A stretch of DNA of 64,000 bases from an uncultured Verrucomicrobiae bacterium (GCA_963812605.1 CAWEWF010000005.1:128001-192000), one strand, 5' to 3'; counted from the stretch's first letter, positions 1 through 10,962 are shown. Notes: generated by a model from the sequence alone, not told the origin. A program made the numbers and translations.

Positions 1-382
1 TCGCTGTGCTCAACATGGAAGTTTTTTGGTCTTGGATGCCGTGTAAGACCAGAAGTGTCCCGCGTGGCGCGGCGTCCCGCATTTCCGATCGATTGATAGG
101 CTCAATAATCCACACGGAGAGGGAAGCGGGTGGTGGGCCGACATTGACTCGCAACTGACGATCGATGCCCAGACGGCGCAATCCGTCAGCTCCCAAATCG
201 TCTGCGGGATTGATGCTCTTGTCGGTGTTGGGCGCATAGATGATCGCTCGCGGCATCGAGGCGCGAAAGTTGGTTAAGACAACGTATGCGATGACCAATG
301 CGATGACCAAAATCGTGCCCGCAAGAGCCACGGCCAAAACCCACCACTTTGATCGGGCAAGGGTGGAACGAAGCGGAAGCAT
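1..382 (-). CDS. Alpha/beta-hydrolase-like protein with N-terminal membrane anchor (partial, runs off left edge)
   Basis: Hand-translated open frame from ATG 382 to the edge (absent from track, no stop): MLPLRSTLARSKWWVLAVALAGTILVIALVIAYVVL...LSVWIIEP...PRGTLLVLHGIQDQKTSM; 'TLLVLHG' is the typical a/b-hydrolase beta3 motif. Confidence 0.65.
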   Translation of the reverse strand, partial: MLPLRSTLARSKWWVLAVALAGTILVIALVIAYVVLTNFRASMPRAIIYAPNTDKSINPADDLGADGLRRLGIDRQLRVNVGPPPASLSVWIIEPINRSEMRDAAPRGTLLVLHGIQDQKTSMLSTA

Positions 383-392
383 CTTCCGACCA

Positions 393-865
393 TCAAGCGT
401 GCTTGCCGCCGTGCAGCACGTCCAGCGCATGCGGGATGGCGTCGGCGACAAATTCGAGGCACTCCACCGCGCCCTTGGGGCTGCCGGGGAGGCATATCAC
501 GAGCGACTTGCCGATGACAGCGGCGAGGCTGCGTGACAGGATGGCGTGAGGGAAACGCTCGAAACTTTTCGCGCGCATTACCTCGCCAAAGCCGGGTAAC
601 TCTTTCGTGGCGATTTCGCGAATGGCCTCGGGCGTAACGTCGCGCTCGGCAATGCCGGTGCCGCCGGTGAGCAGGATGAGCAAGCAGGTCTTCGAGAGTT
701 CGAGCGTCTTATCGCCGATGAGAGCCTCTTCATCCGGCACGATGGCCTGTGCGGTGATTTGCCAGCCGAGCTTTTCGCAGAACTGTTTCAGCGCGGGGCC
801 GCTTTTGTCCTCGTATTGGCCGCGGGAGGCGCGGTCGCTCACGGTGATGATGCCGAGGTAATCAT
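393..865 (-). CDS. mog: Molybdopterin adenylyltransferase (Mog/MoaB family)
   Basis: SDRASRG-YEDKSGP, TGGTG, DVTPEA, LPGSPKG motifs. Likely start MIT(L)GIITV near 865 needs a 1-bp correction; track ORF starts at 842. Confidence 0.9.
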
Positions 866-870
866 TCCGC

Positions 871-1323
871 TCAGGGTGACAATTTGCGTTTGCTGACCAG
901 TTTGATTTCGCCGATGACCATTTCTTTGTCCACGGCTTTGCACATATCGTAAATCGTCAACGCGGTGACAGCGACCGCGGTGAGCGCTTCCATCTCGACG
1001 CCGGTTTGCGCGGCGATTTTGGCGGTGGCAGTGATCTCCATGCGGTCGCGCTTTGGCCGCAGATCAACGTCGATATGTGAGAGGTTCAGCGGATGGCAGA
1101 GCGGGATCAATTCGCTCGTGCGCTTCGCTGCCTGGATCCCGGCGAGGCGGGCCGTGGACATCACGTCTCCTTTGGCAATTTGGTTGGCGAAGATCAGCGC
1201 GAGCGTCTTGCGTTGCAGAAAGATCGCCCCGCGCGCGACCGCTTCGCGCTGTTGGACCGGCTTGGCGGACACGTCTACCATTCGCGCTTTGCCCTGCTGA
1301 TCGACGTGGGTAAGTTTCTTCAT
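871..1323 (-). CDS. moaC: Cyclic pyranopterin monophosphate synthase MoaC
   Basis: LTHVD..GKARMVDVS, LIPLCHPL, TGVEMEAL, IYDMCKAVD. Confidence 0.97.
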   Translation of the reverse strand: MKKLTHVDQQGKARMVDVSAKPVQQREAVARGAIFLQRKTLALIFANQIAKGDVMSTARLAGIQAAKRTSELIPLCHPLNLSHIDVDLRPKRDRMEITATAKIAAQTGVEMEALTAVAVTALTIYDMCKAVDKEMVIGEIKLVSKRKLSP

Positions 1324-2348
1324 CCGCCGATGGCGATCATTTTGCGGCCGGGAACGTAGTTGTTGCGGAACTCATGCTCCTCGGGCTTGTTGCGGATCGT
1401 CTGCACGAACACTTCGCGCAGTTTGGCGTCGCTGCTGTCCGCCGCGCGCAATACCGGTTTCAAATCGTATTCCAGGTGCGCGCCGAGACAGGGACGCAAC
1501 TTTCCGTCGGCGGTGAGCCGCACCTTGTTGCAGGTTTCGCAAAAGTGGAGGTTGGTCATCGCGCCGATGAAGCCCAGACGCACGGGCTGGCCGCGGTGGT
1601 TGAGCAAACCGCTGACTTCGTAATACTCCGCCGGCCCGCTGCCCTTGATCTCGCTCGGGGGCTCGGGCAGCGGAATGAGTTCGTATCGCTGATTGATCTT
1701 GCGGCGGATGTGGCCGACCGAGATGAAGTTGTCGTCTGTGAGTACTTCATCCGTGCTGATGGGCATCAATTCGATGAAACGGAGTGTGACGGATTTCTCG
1801 CGCGCGAACTCAATCAGGTCGAACACCTCGTCGTCGTTTTTGCCTTTCATCAGCACCATGTTCAACTTCACTTGCGGGAATCCCGCGTCAATGGCGGCGT
1901 CGATGCCCGCGAGCACGTCGGCCAGTTGGCCGTTGCCGCTCAACTCGCGGTATTTTTCGGCGTCCAGCGTATCGAGGGAGATGTTGACCTTGTTGACCCC
2001 GTTCTCGCGAAGCTGGTGGACGAGGGGAGCGAGCAGCGTGCCGTTGGTGCTCAGGCCGATGTCCGTGACGCCTGGCAGTTTGTTCAATTCACCGATAAAT
2101 TCCGCGACGTTCCTGCGCACCAGCGGTTCACCGCCCGTGACACGAAATTTTGTAACGCCCAGCGAAGTGGCTACGCGCGCGATGCGCAGGATTTCCTCGT
2201 AGCTGAGGATTTGGCCCTTCGGCAACCACTCAATGGCGACATCGTGCGGCAGGCAGTAAGCGCACCGCTCGTTGCAGCGATCCGTCACGGAAATCCGCAT
2301 GTAGGTTACGATGTGCACGCCTGTCCCAACAATACGAGGTGCCCGCAT
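1320..2348 (-). CDS. moaA: GTP 3',8-cyclase MoaA (radical SAM)
   Basis: RISVTDRCNERCAYC (CxxxCxxC), TGGEPL, second cluster FCETCNKVRLTADGKLRPC, C-terminal IGG; start uncertain. Confidence 0.96.
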   Translation of the reverse strand: MRAPRIVGTGVHIVTYMRISVTDRCNERCAYCLPHDVAIEWLPKGQILSYEEILRIARVATSLGVTKFRVTGGEPLVRRNVAEFIGELNKLPGVTDIGLSTNGTLLAPLVHQLRENGVNKVNISLDTLDAEKYRELSGNGQLADVLAGIDAAIDAGFPQVKLNMVLMKGKNDDEVFDLIEFAREKSVTLRFIELMPISTDEVLTDDNFISVGHIRRKINQRYELIPLPEPPSEIKGSGPAEYYEVSGLLNHRGQPVRLGFIGAMTNLHFCETCNKVRLTADGKLRPCLGAHLEYDLKPVLRAADSSDAKLREVFVQTIRNKPEEHEFRNNYVPGRKMIAIGG

Positions 2349-2433
2349 CCGCCGCAAGCCCCGAAGCGGTTCGGGACAAGCCGAGGCGGGCAAGCGGATT
2401 GACTTTGGTTGGGGGGCTTATATCCTGCGGCTT

Positions 2434-3509
2434 ATGCGGCGAGCATTCCTTTGGGCGGCGATTGGCACTGCTGGCGGCCGGTTGCGCTACTGATCCGTAC
2501 TCGAAATTGGAGACGGCGACGCCGACACTTTCGTCCGCACAGATCGCTGAATTGGAGAAGAGCGCAAAGACACCGGAGGAACTCGGCATTCAAATGCAGG
2601 TCACGGAGCGTTCGGCCGCTTTTGCCGGGGTCAATGTCGTCGAGGCGTCTGAGAACGTGACGGTGCCGCTGGTGGAGATTCCGACGGACAGGCCATATGA
2701 AAGCGGGGGACTTTATCGAGCGCCAGTTGTTCTCGCGACCGTCAACGGCAAGACCGATGTGCGGCTCCTTCTCGACAGCGGCAGCAACCGCAATCTTTTC
2801 GGTTACACGCTCGCGCGCAGTCTCGGAATTCCCACCGATCGCCGGCCTGAAACCGATGACGGGGTACGGTATCGGCGGCGCGGTGGACAATTATGGGGCT
2901 CTCGTTCCGACGATGCAGATTGGTTCCATCGGATTGCAGAAGACGGTGGCGATCATCGGCCCGGACGCGCAAGTGCTGGGCGTCACGCGCGGTTCACAAG
3001 TGATGCTGCTCGGCGTCAATGCGCTGCGCCGCCTGTCGTATCTCACCATCGACTACCTTCATGGCAATGTCGTTTTCGGCGCGCGCGATGCCTATCTGCC
3101 CGACGACACGCTGCCGTTCCTGACGACAGCGCCGCTCCAGTGGCTGGGCGACCTGCCAGCGGTGGATATTTCCATTGATGGACGCAATCCGGTCACGTGC
3201 ATTCTCGACACGGGCGGCGATTACGGGATGCTGGTGCCACGGCTGCGCGCCATTGAACTGGATTATTGGAAACCGGGAAAGAAAGACCCGCTCTCGATTC
3301 CCGGCGGAGTTGGCGGAGCTTCGCTGGCTACGAGTTACGTAATCAAACAGGCGAAGGTCGGCGATGCGACTTTCACGCGCATTCCCGGGCGCACGGTCGT
3401 GATCGGGCCGGAAGCTGCCGGCGGACAACTTTTCCTGGGCAACGCCGTCTTGCGCCGCTATCGCGTCACGTTCGATTTCAAGCACAACACGCTGTGGTTG
3501 GAGCGTTGA
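2434..3509 (+). CDS. Lipoprotein with two retropepsin-like aspartyl protease domains (2 frameshifts)
   Basis: Lipobox LAAGC; LLDSGS and ILDTGG motifs, LLGVNAL / FLGNAVL...VTFDF; pieces lie in three frames. Confidence 0.75.
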
Positions 3510-3544
3510 AAGTTGGGAGTTTTGGCCTATACTGACGGTTTCCG

Positions 3545-4615
3545 ATGAGTGGTACGAAATCCAGAATCTGTGTCGGCATGAGCGGAGGTGTGGACTCCAG
3601 CGTGGCGGCTTATCTGTTGAAGAAGGAAGGCTACGATGTCATCGGCCTGACGTTTCGCGGCTGGCCGCAGGATTGCCGGTCCATCGAAGAAGATAAATGC
3701 TGCGGGCCACAGGCCGTTACGGACGCCCGCATGGTCGCACACTCGCTCGGCATCCCGTACTACGTCGTTGAGGAGATTGAAACTTTCCGCAGCGAAGTCA
3801 TGGATTACTTCGCCGCCGAGTACAAACGCGGCCGCACGCCCAATCCCTGTGTGATCTGCAACGAGAAGGTCAAATTCGGCTCGCTGCTGCGCAAGGCCCT
3901 CGCCCTTGGCGCGGAAGCCATCGCCACCGGTCATTACGCGCGCATCACACGGAACGGCCGGTACGAACTTCGTCGCGCCCGTGACGAGCGCAAAGACCAA
4001 ACTTATTTTTTGTTTTCGCTCAACCAGGACCAACTCGCCCGCGCCATGTTTCCCATCGGCGAGTTAACCAAGGAGCGGACCCGGGCCATCGCCAAAGAGA
4101 TTGGATTGAAGACTTACGGCAAGGAAGAGAGCCAGGAAGTTTGTTTCGTGCCGGAGAACGATTACCGGAAATTTCTTCGCGAGAGCGCGCAAGTGGCCGA
4201 CGCGAAGGGGGAGATTGTGACACGGGGAGGCCGGGTCCTCGGCTATCACAACGGCATCCACAATTTCACCATCGGCCAGCGGGAAGGTTTGAATCTGGGA
4301 GGTCAACCGCGTCCGCTCTACGTCATCGAACTTGGTGTGGCAAGCAACCGTGTCATCGTCGGTCCAGCCGAAGAACTGTTGCGGAGCGAATTTGAAGTGA
4401 GCAATTGCGTCTGGCATGGCGGTGAGCCTGATAGACCGTTGGAAATCACGGTCAAACCCCGGCATCAGCATCCGGGTTGCATGGCGACGGTCGTTGTGAC
4501 CGGTCAGGGCGCGGCGAAGGTATCGCTTGCTGAAGCGCAACGCGCCATCACGCCCGGTCAGGCCGCGGTGTTCTATCGTGACGATTTGGTGGTCGGCGGA
4601 GGATGGATTTGTTAA
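3545..4615 (+). CDS. mnmA: tRNA 2-thiouridine(34) synthase MnmA
   Basis: MSGGVDSSV, GRTPNPCVICN, ATGHYAR, KDQTYFL, ESQEVCF, AITPGQAAVFY. Confidence 0.97.
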   Translation: MSGTKSRICVGMSGGVDSSVAAYLLKKEGYDVIGLTFRGWPQDCRSIEEDKCCGPQAVTDARMVAHSLGIPYYVVEEIETFRSEVMDYFAAEYKRGRTPNPCVICNEKVKFGSLLRKALALGAEAIATGHYARITRNGRYELRRARDERKDQTYFLFSLNQDQLARAMFPIGELTKERTRAIAKEIGLKTYGKEESQEVCFVPENDYRKFLRESAQVADAKGEIVTRGGRVLGYHNGIHNFTIGQREGLNLGGQPRPLYVIELGVASNRVIVGPAEELLRSEFEVSNCVWHGGEPDRPLEITVKPRHQHPGCMATVVVTGQGAAKVSLAEAQRAITPGQAAVFYRDDLVVGGGWIC

Positions 4616-4643
4616 TCGCCTGAAGAGGCAAGAGGAAAGGTCT

Positions 4644-7600
4644 ATGGATACGAGAGGTTGCCGCACACGCAGGAGTGCAGGAGTAGCGCTTTTGCTGATT
4701 TCTTCGGTCATTTCCACTGGGGTTATTGCCGCTGATACGCCGAGTCTGCTGTTTTATGTTTCCGGAGAGAAGGGGACGACGGCCGATTTCTCGGCGGGCG
4801 GCACGCCGGAACCGAACTTCGATTCCGAGGTGACGCGTATTCCCGACGGCGCGAAAGGGGCGGCGCTCCGTTGTGGTGATCTTCAACGGCTTGCTTGGTG
4901 GGCTCCCGGCAACATCTACGCGCAACGCGGCACGCTTTCGTTTTTCTGGCGTTCGCGCTATCCCGTCGGGCCGACGGAGTTTCCCATCTTCCGCGTGGGT
5001 TATGCCGAGCACTCGAGTTGGGACATGGTTTTTCTGCGCATCGACTACAACGGACACGGCTTCGACGCGTTCGTGACCGACGCGAGCCTGGCGCGCACGC
5101 GGGTATCGGTGACGGTCGATCCGTTTCCCAAGCCCGAGGAGTGGGTGCATCTAGCGCTCGCGTGGGATGAGACGCGCGGCATTCGTTTCTATGTGAACGG
5201 CAAACTCGCTGCGACAAAGGAAACGACGGCGGTCTACAACGCCGCACTCGACCAATTCGGCCCGCACTCGCGCATTATCAGCCCGCACAACGTCCAGAGC
5301 GATTACAACTTCGTGCGCGGCGGCGACATCGACGAAATCCGTATTTACGACCGCATGCTTGACGACGCGGCCATGGTCACGCTTGCAAAGGGCGACGCGC
5401 CAACAGACCTCACGGCGTTGCTGGCCCGCAAACTTGACGATCCCCGCTGGCGCGACGAATGGTGGCTGCGCTACGGCTGGAACCGGGCCAGCGATCCGCC
5501 GCCGTATCTTGCCGACGCCGCGACGACAGTGCGCAAAGTCGAGATTCACGACGCCTATGACCTGAAGCGCTGGTGGTGGAAGGCGTGTGACGGCATTCGC
5601 GAGACGACCTGGCCCGGGGTTTACAACCGGTCGCGTTTGCCGGGGCGCAACGATTATTTTCAATTGCCCGACTGGGACTGCTACGTCCAATCCGGAAAAT
5701 CCATCACGTTCATCATGCCCGAGGAACCGTGGAACCATCTTGAGATTTCCGGCGCGGCGTGGGGCAAGATGGAATTACTGAAGCCGGATGCCGCGAATGA
5801 TGGCCCGGCGGAATCGGTGCTCTTCGAGCGTACCCAAGGGCAGGAAAAGACCGTTCACCATTTTGCGAAGTCCATCACCGGGCGCAAGATCCGTTTCACC
5901 AATGTCGAGCAGGAGGAACCCATTGGTGAACTCGTGGCTTACAACGTCACCACCGGACGCGAGCCGAAGGGCAGCACCAATCTGGTGTACCGCCTCACCG
6001 CCACCGCGCCGACCGATCACACACTGGATTCGCTCGTAACGTTCATCAACGGCCGCCATGCGCCGGATGAACGCGCGGTCATGGTAGCGCAGCCCATCGA
6101 AGCCCACTCCGCCCCGGCTATGGGTAATGCGGCACAGTCTCTGCCCCTCGTTCACATTCTTGTACCCGACACCTGGGACAATATCGAAGATGGACTCGAC
6201 GGCATTGTGATCGAATTGCCGGCGCTCAAGGTGAAGCCGACACACGGTGAGTTGTTCCCAATGAATATTCAGGTCAAGGACCCGCTCTGGCCGCTACGGA
6301 ACATGTTCGACTTCACGTTCAGCGTGAAACCCGGCGAAGCGCGGACGCTGTGGCTCGACCTGCGCGACCGGATCCTGTCGCCCGGCAAAAGTCTTTACCT
6401 CACCATTGCCGGCGCGGGCGGCGACTTTGGCCCGGCGTCACTTGACGGCGCGACACTGCGCCTCGTGTTCAAGCCCCGCGCGGAGGCGCGCGTTGAGCAT
6501 GTGATCGACCGCTTTACGCAAGTGAAGGATTGCTACGCGATGCTCGTGGAAGAACATCCACACAGCCCGAAGTACAATCTTTGGAACCGGTTCGAAACCG
6601 ACCTTACCGATCTCCTGCGGGTCGACCCGAACCATTTGCTGGGCCGCAAGTACGCCGCGATTGAATTAGGCCAGCCGGCGCCGTTGGTTCATCTTCCTCT
6701 ACCGCCAACCGGCGTGCCGCTGTGGGCCATTCGGCAGGTCGAACTGCTTGAGCGCGTGAAGAAGTTTGTGCTCTGGTATATCGACAATCGGCAGGTCGAA
6801 TACGGGGACTTTGGCGGCGGCATCTCCGACGACGTTGACCTGCTCAATACGTGGCCGGGCGTCGCGCTGATGGGCTGCGAGCCGGAGAAGATCGAAAAAT
6901 CGCTGCATGCATTGCTCGAGGCGGCATTCAATAACGGCATGTTCACGGAGGGTCTCCCGACCATTCAAGCCGACGAATTGCATAGCAACGAGGAAGGCAT
7001 TGGCTGCCTCAACGCGAACATGATCCTGGAGTACGGCAGTCCGCGCCAATTCGAGCGGGCCATGGTCACCGAACGCGGTGTCGCCGAGCTAACCGGCATC
7101 AACGCGGCAGGTCACCGCCACTTCCGCACGTCCTATTACAATGGCAAAAAGATGTCGACGGATGACCCGTGGGGTTACGCCAAGGCGTATTCCTATCTCG
7201 TGCTGGCGCCCGGTCAGATGCTTGTGGATTTCAACGGCAATCCGGCCACAAAAAAAATCGACCTCGAACTTGCCGACGGTCTGCTGGCGCACCGCCGCAA
7301 AGACGCCGAGGGCCATTGCTTCCTGCCCAGCGCGATCCATTTTGTGGACGACAAGGACAGCGTCGCTACGCGCGCGTATTTCCCCTGGCCGGTTTTCTGG
7401 AGCGCGTGGAAATGGACGGGCGACCGCAAGTACCTCGACCCAATTTTCGATGGCGGCACCACGTCGCTCATGCAGCTCAACGCCAACGCGCTGGATATCC
7501 TTGCTATCCGCGACACATGGGGACCGCGCATCACTTCGGGTGAAACTGGCCGGCCTGGCGAGTCGCGTCCGAAAGATGGCCGTGGCGCGGCGCGTTCCAC

Positions 7601-8459
7601 CAACTACCGCAATTCGAGCGTGGAGCACTTCACGTGGCAGGTGACCGGCGACAAATCGCAACTCGAGAAATTGTACACCGCGCAGATTGAGGAATGTGAG
7701 TTGCTTGAATACATCAACACGGAGGGCAGCTTGTGGATCGACCGCGTCGGCGTGCCCTACGCCGACTTGCAGCGCGCGCGGCTCGGTGGCATCGCGCTCG
7801 TACGGAACCACGAGTTCCCGGGCCACGCGGTCAGTTGGAAATTCGCGGCACCGGCGAACGAGCTGAGCGTCGCCATGCTGATTCCCAATGCCACGTCCAC
7901 GCGTTTCATGGTCATCGCCTACAACCTCGCGACCACGCCTGTGCGTGCCACCATGACCGGCTGGAACATCGACCCCGGCGTATGGGAAATCACGCAGGGA
8001 ATTGACACACAGGGCGATGACGCGGCCCACGAGTCGATAACTACCCGGACGAACACTTTCGAGCGGACCAGCAGCCTTGAATTCACGTTTGCGCCACGCG
8101 CGACCACGGTGCTCACGCTCAAGCTCAAGACGCCCGGCACGCCCTATTGGCAGCGCCCCGATCTGGGGCTCGACCGCGAAGACGTGCAGGTGCAGGGGCG
8201 CGAGGTACGCGTTCGAGTGCACAGCCTGGGTTCGGTGCCGTCGCCCGAAACCACAGTGGCCTTTCGCGATCGCACCGGCAAAATCATCGCCACGGGGAAA
8301 GTTGGCCCGCTGCCGGCGCCCGTTGATTTATATCCGAAGACGATGGATATCGTGCTGACGTTGCCGGAGGGCGCGGAGGCGACCGGCGGCGCGGTGGAGA
8401 TCGATCCTGACCACCGGATCGAGGAAATCACCCGGCTGAACAACGCCGTGAAGCTGTAA
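4644..8459 (+). CDS. Large secreted LamG-like jellyroll domain protein (~1270 aa), possible carbohydrate-active enzyme
   Basis: Signal peptide after RBS AGAGGAAAGG; LamG motifs WVHLALAWD..IRFYVNG and GDIDEIRIYDRML; C-terminal CARDB-like EIDPDHRIEEITRLNN. Confidence 0.75.
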   Translation: MDTRGCRTRRSAGVALLLISSVISTGVIAADTPSLLFYVSGEKGTTADFSAGGTPEPNFDSEVTRIPDGAKGAALRCGDLQRLAWWAPGNIYAQRGTLSFFWRSRYPVGPTEFPIFRVGYAEHSSWDMVFLRIDYNGHGFDAFVTDASLARTRVSVTVDPFPKPEEWVHLALAWDETRGIRFYVNGKLAATKETTAVYNAALDQFGPHSRIISPHNVQSDYNFVRGGDIDEIRIYDRMLDDAAMVTLAKGDAPTDLTALLARKLDDPRWRDEWWLRYGWNRASDPPPYLADAATTVRKVEIHDAYDLKRWWWKACDGIRETTWPGVYNRSRLPGRNDYFQLPDWDCYVQSGKSITFIMPEEPWNHLEISGAAWGKMELLKPDAANDGPAESVLFERTQGQEKTVHHFAKSITGRKIRFTNVEQEEPIGELVAYNVTTGREPKGSTNLVYRLTATAPTDHTLDSLVTFINGRHAPDERAVMVAQPIEAHSAPAMGNAAQSLPLVHILVPDTWDNIEDGLDGIVIELPALKVKPTHGELFPMNIQVKDPLWPLRNMFDFTFSVKPGEARTLWLDLRDRILSPGKSLYLTIAGAGGDFGPASLDGATLRLVFKPRAEARVEHVIDRFTQVKDCYAMLVEEHPHSPKYNLWNRFETDLTDLLRVDPNHLLGRKYAAIELGQPAPLVHLPLPPTGVPLWAIRQVELLERVKKFVLWYIDNRQVEYGDFGGGISDDVDLLNTWPGVALMGCEPEKIEKSLHALLEAAFNNGMFTEGLPTIQADELHSNEEGIGCLNANMILEYGSPRQFERAMVTERGVAELTGINAAGHRHFRTSYYNGKKMSTDDPWGYAKAYSYLVLAPGQMLVDFNGNPATKKIDLELADGLLAHRRKDAEGHCFLPSAIHFVDDKDSVATRAYFPWPVFWSAWKWTGDRKYLDPIFDGGTTSLMQLNANALDILAIRDTWGPRITSGETGRPGESRPKDGRGAARSTNYRNSSVEHFTWQVTGDKSQLEKLYTAQIEECELLEYINTEGSLWIDRVGVPYADLQRARLGGIALVRNHEFPGHAVSWKFAAPANELSVAMLIPNATSTRFMVIAYNLATTPVRATMTGWNIDPGVWEITQGIDTQGDDAAHESITTRTNTFERTSSLEFTFAPRATTVLTLKLKTPGTPYWQRPDLGLDREDVQVQGREVRVRVHSLGSVPSPETTVAFRDRTGKIIATGKVGPLPAPVDLYPKTMDIVLTLPEGAEATGGAVEIDPDHRIEEITRLNNAVKL

Positions 8460-8472
8460 CGTCGGCGCCGTA

Positions 8473-9195
8473 CTACTTTTCCGGCACGTGCTGCAGGTCG
8501 TCGGGGCTGAGTGCCGTGGGACTGAAGCGGATTTCCTTGATGCCGCCCTTAAACCAATAGACGCGGTTGAGGCGCACGCCGAGCGACATGCGGCCGTCGG
8601 CCATCGGCGCAAAATCTACCGGGCCCTCCAGCTCCTTCACCCCATTGACGTAGTCGGCCATCGTTTTGCCGTCGTAAACCAGCGCGGCCCAGGCCCATTT
8701 CCCCGTCGGATGCCGCTTGGTGCGGTCGAGCAACGGGCGACTGCTGTCGCCGGAGCGCAAAAAGGTGTCCAAGCTCCACGACGTGCCGCCGATGAGACGG
8801 GTTTCGATCATGATCCGGCTGTCGCGCTCATCCTGGATATGCACGAAACGTTGCGCGGGCAAGCCATTGGCATCCGGTCGGAAAAGAACCTCAATCGTAA
8901 ACTTCGAAAACCCCCGGAGCGGATTGACCGGCAGAATGAGGCCGTCGCTCTTGCCATTGAACTGCAAGGCCGGTCCACCGTCGGCCGCGCCTGTGATTTG
9001 CGGCGCGCCGAGCAGGCGGGGACGATGGCCGCCGATTGACTCGGCATTGTCCAGCGTCCACACGATGGATGGTTGGGAATCTTCGGCGAAATTCTCCTCC
9101 GCTCGCAGTGTGGTCCCGATGCTGATAAAGATCGACAGTATGAGCAACAGGCCCAAGTGGCCGGCTTTTGAGTGTTTTTCCAGTTTCATGTTCAT
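8473..9195 (-). CDS. Secreted LamG (concanavalin A-like) domain protein
   Basis: Signal peptide; ALQFNG, FTIEVLFRP, W..AALVYDG...YVNG, FKGGIKEIRF. Confidence 0.8.
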   Translation of the reverse strand: MNMKLEKHSKAGHLGLLLILSIFISIGTTLRAEENFAEDSQPSIVWTLDNAESIGGHRPRLLGAPQITGAADGGPALQFNGKSDGLILPVNPLRGFSKFTIEVLFRPDANGLPAQRFVHIQDERDSRIMIETRLIGGTSWSLDTFLRSGDSSRPLLDRTKRHPTGKWAWAALVYDGKTMADYVNGVKELEGPVDFAPMADGRMSLGVRLNRVYWFKGGIKEIRFSPTALSPDDLQHVPEK

Positions 9196-9335
9196 TTCCC
9201 GTCGCGGGCAATGATATGCATGCGGGACCGTCCTCGTCTAGGTTGGAGTGCGCGCATCATCCATCTTTATTGACGATATGCGCAATCGGCGTAGACTGCG
9301 CGGAGATTGGTCAACAAAACCCACAGGAGAATGTC

Positions 9336-9641
9336 ATGAGAATGCTTTTGGATATCACGATCCCACACGAACCATTCAATTCACTGCTTCGCAAGGGCGT
9401 AGCTGGCAAGAAGCTGGGCGAGATTTTGGAGGCGCTGAAGCCCGAGGCGGTTTACTTCAGCGAACACGACGGTAAACGTGGGGCGGTGGTCATCGTGGAC
9501 ATGGCTGATCCCTCGAAGATTCCCGCCATCGCGGAGCCATGGTTCCTGACCTTCAATGCCGACGTCAAATTCCGCGTTGCCATGACGCCCGACGACTTGA
9601 AAAAGGCCGGCCTCGACGAGGTTGGCAAGAAGTGGGCGTAG
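9336..9641 (+). CDS. Small conserved protein (GYD/DUF3303-like ferredoxin-fold family)
   Basis: RBS AGGAGA; MRMLL..IPHEPFN...KPEAVYFSEHDGKRG...IAEPWFLTFNA..F.VAMTPDDL. Confidence 0.65.
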   Translation: MRMLLDITIPHEPFNSLLRKGVAGKKLGEILEALKPEAVYFSEHDGKRGAVVIVDMADPSKIPAIAEPWFLTFNADVKFRVAMTPDDLKKAGLDEVGKKWA

Positions 9642-9656
9642 GGTTGTACAATTGAG

Positions 9657-9845
9657 CCCCTCACCTTAATCCTTTGCCGTATACGACAACGGCGTCTCGC
9701 GGACTCGGCTCCCCCCGGAGGGGAGAGGAATGCACCATAACGACGGCAAGCGGGACGCTCGCCCTGCTTGATTCTCTCATTTTGGCGAGGGCCGCAGTCA
9801 GCGCCCGCGGCTACAATGCCCCCTCTTCCCTTGGATGAGAGGTGA
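9657..9845. repeat. Composite REP-like cluster between convergent genes
   Basis: CCCCTCACC..CCT/CTCCCCCCGGAGGGGAGAGG unit (cf. 22866), GTAG-family unit 9740-9765 (cf. 11645), and CCGCAGTCAGCGCCCGCGGCTACA (cf. 17976). Confidence 0.8.
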
Positions 9846-9908
9846 TGTCGGTTTTCCACGTACAGCGCCCGGTTTGCGGGCGTGAGTGGCCCGGGCGGTC
9901 AGCGACTT

Positions 9909-10962
9909 TCAAGCTCGTTTCGAGGCTTCTGTGGTGAGGAGTTGGCGCTTGCGTTGGAGGCCCCAGCGGTAGCCGGCGAGATCGCCATTCTTGCGGACGA
10001 CACGGTGGCAGGGGACGAGCACGGCGGCGGGATTCGTGGCGCAGGCGCGGGCGACGGCGCGGACGGCTTTGGGTCGGCCGACGGCTTTTGCGATCTGCTT
10101 GTAGGAACACGTCTCGCCGTAGGGGATCGACCGCAAGGCGGTCCAGACCCGCGATTGAAAGGCAGTTGCCCGGAGGTCCAGCGGGAGATCCAAGCGGGGG
10201 TGGTGACCATTGAGGTGGCGGAGGATTGAACGCGTCCAGGAATGAAGTTTTGATCCGCCGCGCTGGACATGGGCGGCGGGAAATTCCTCACGCAGTGAAT
10301 GCTCCAGAGCGCTGGCGTTATCGCCAAAACTGATCAGGCAAATCCCTTTATCCGTGGCCGCAACGAGCATACGTCCCAGGGTACATTTGGTGGTGAGGTA
10401 GTGGATACGAGTTTGGTTTCCGCCGTGACGGTAGCGAGTGGGCGTCATCCCGAGACGGGCCGCGGTCCGTTCGTAGGCGCGGCTGCTGGAACCGTAGCCG
10501 GCGGCGTACACGGCAGCCGTGGCGGATGGTCCCTGCTTGAGTTGATGTTTGAACCTGCGAAAGCGGCAGGCATCGGCGTAGGCGCGGGGCGAAACACCGA
10601 GGGCGCGCTTAAAGATGCGCTGCAAATGAAACGGGCTCAGGCTCACCTTGTCGCCCAACGCGGTAAGGCTGAGCGGTTCTTCGAGATCGGCTTCAATCAA
10701 TCGGCAAACCCGCGCCACCATCGCGGCGTGCGCGGAAACTTTGCGCGGATGGCAGCGGCGGCAGGCGCGAAATCCGTTTTGTTCAGCGGCGTCGCAGGTG
10801 GGAAAGAAGACGACCTGATGCCGCGCCGGTCGGCGGGCGGGACAGGACGGACGGCAGTAGATGCCGGTGGAACGCACAGCAAAGACGAATTGTCCGTCGG
10901 CATTCACGTCGCGGTGTTGCACGGCCTGCCAGCGCTGGTCATCGAGTTCAAGCTGTTTTCAT
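9909..10962 (-). CDS. ada: Bifunctional transcriptional activator / O6-methylguanine-DNA methyltransferase Ada
   Basis: STGIYCRPSC and GFRACRRC Zn site, AraC HTH (SPFHLQRIFK), PCHRVV active site. Likely start MKQLELDDQRW at 10962 needs a 1-bp correction in an A run. Confidence 0.95.
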
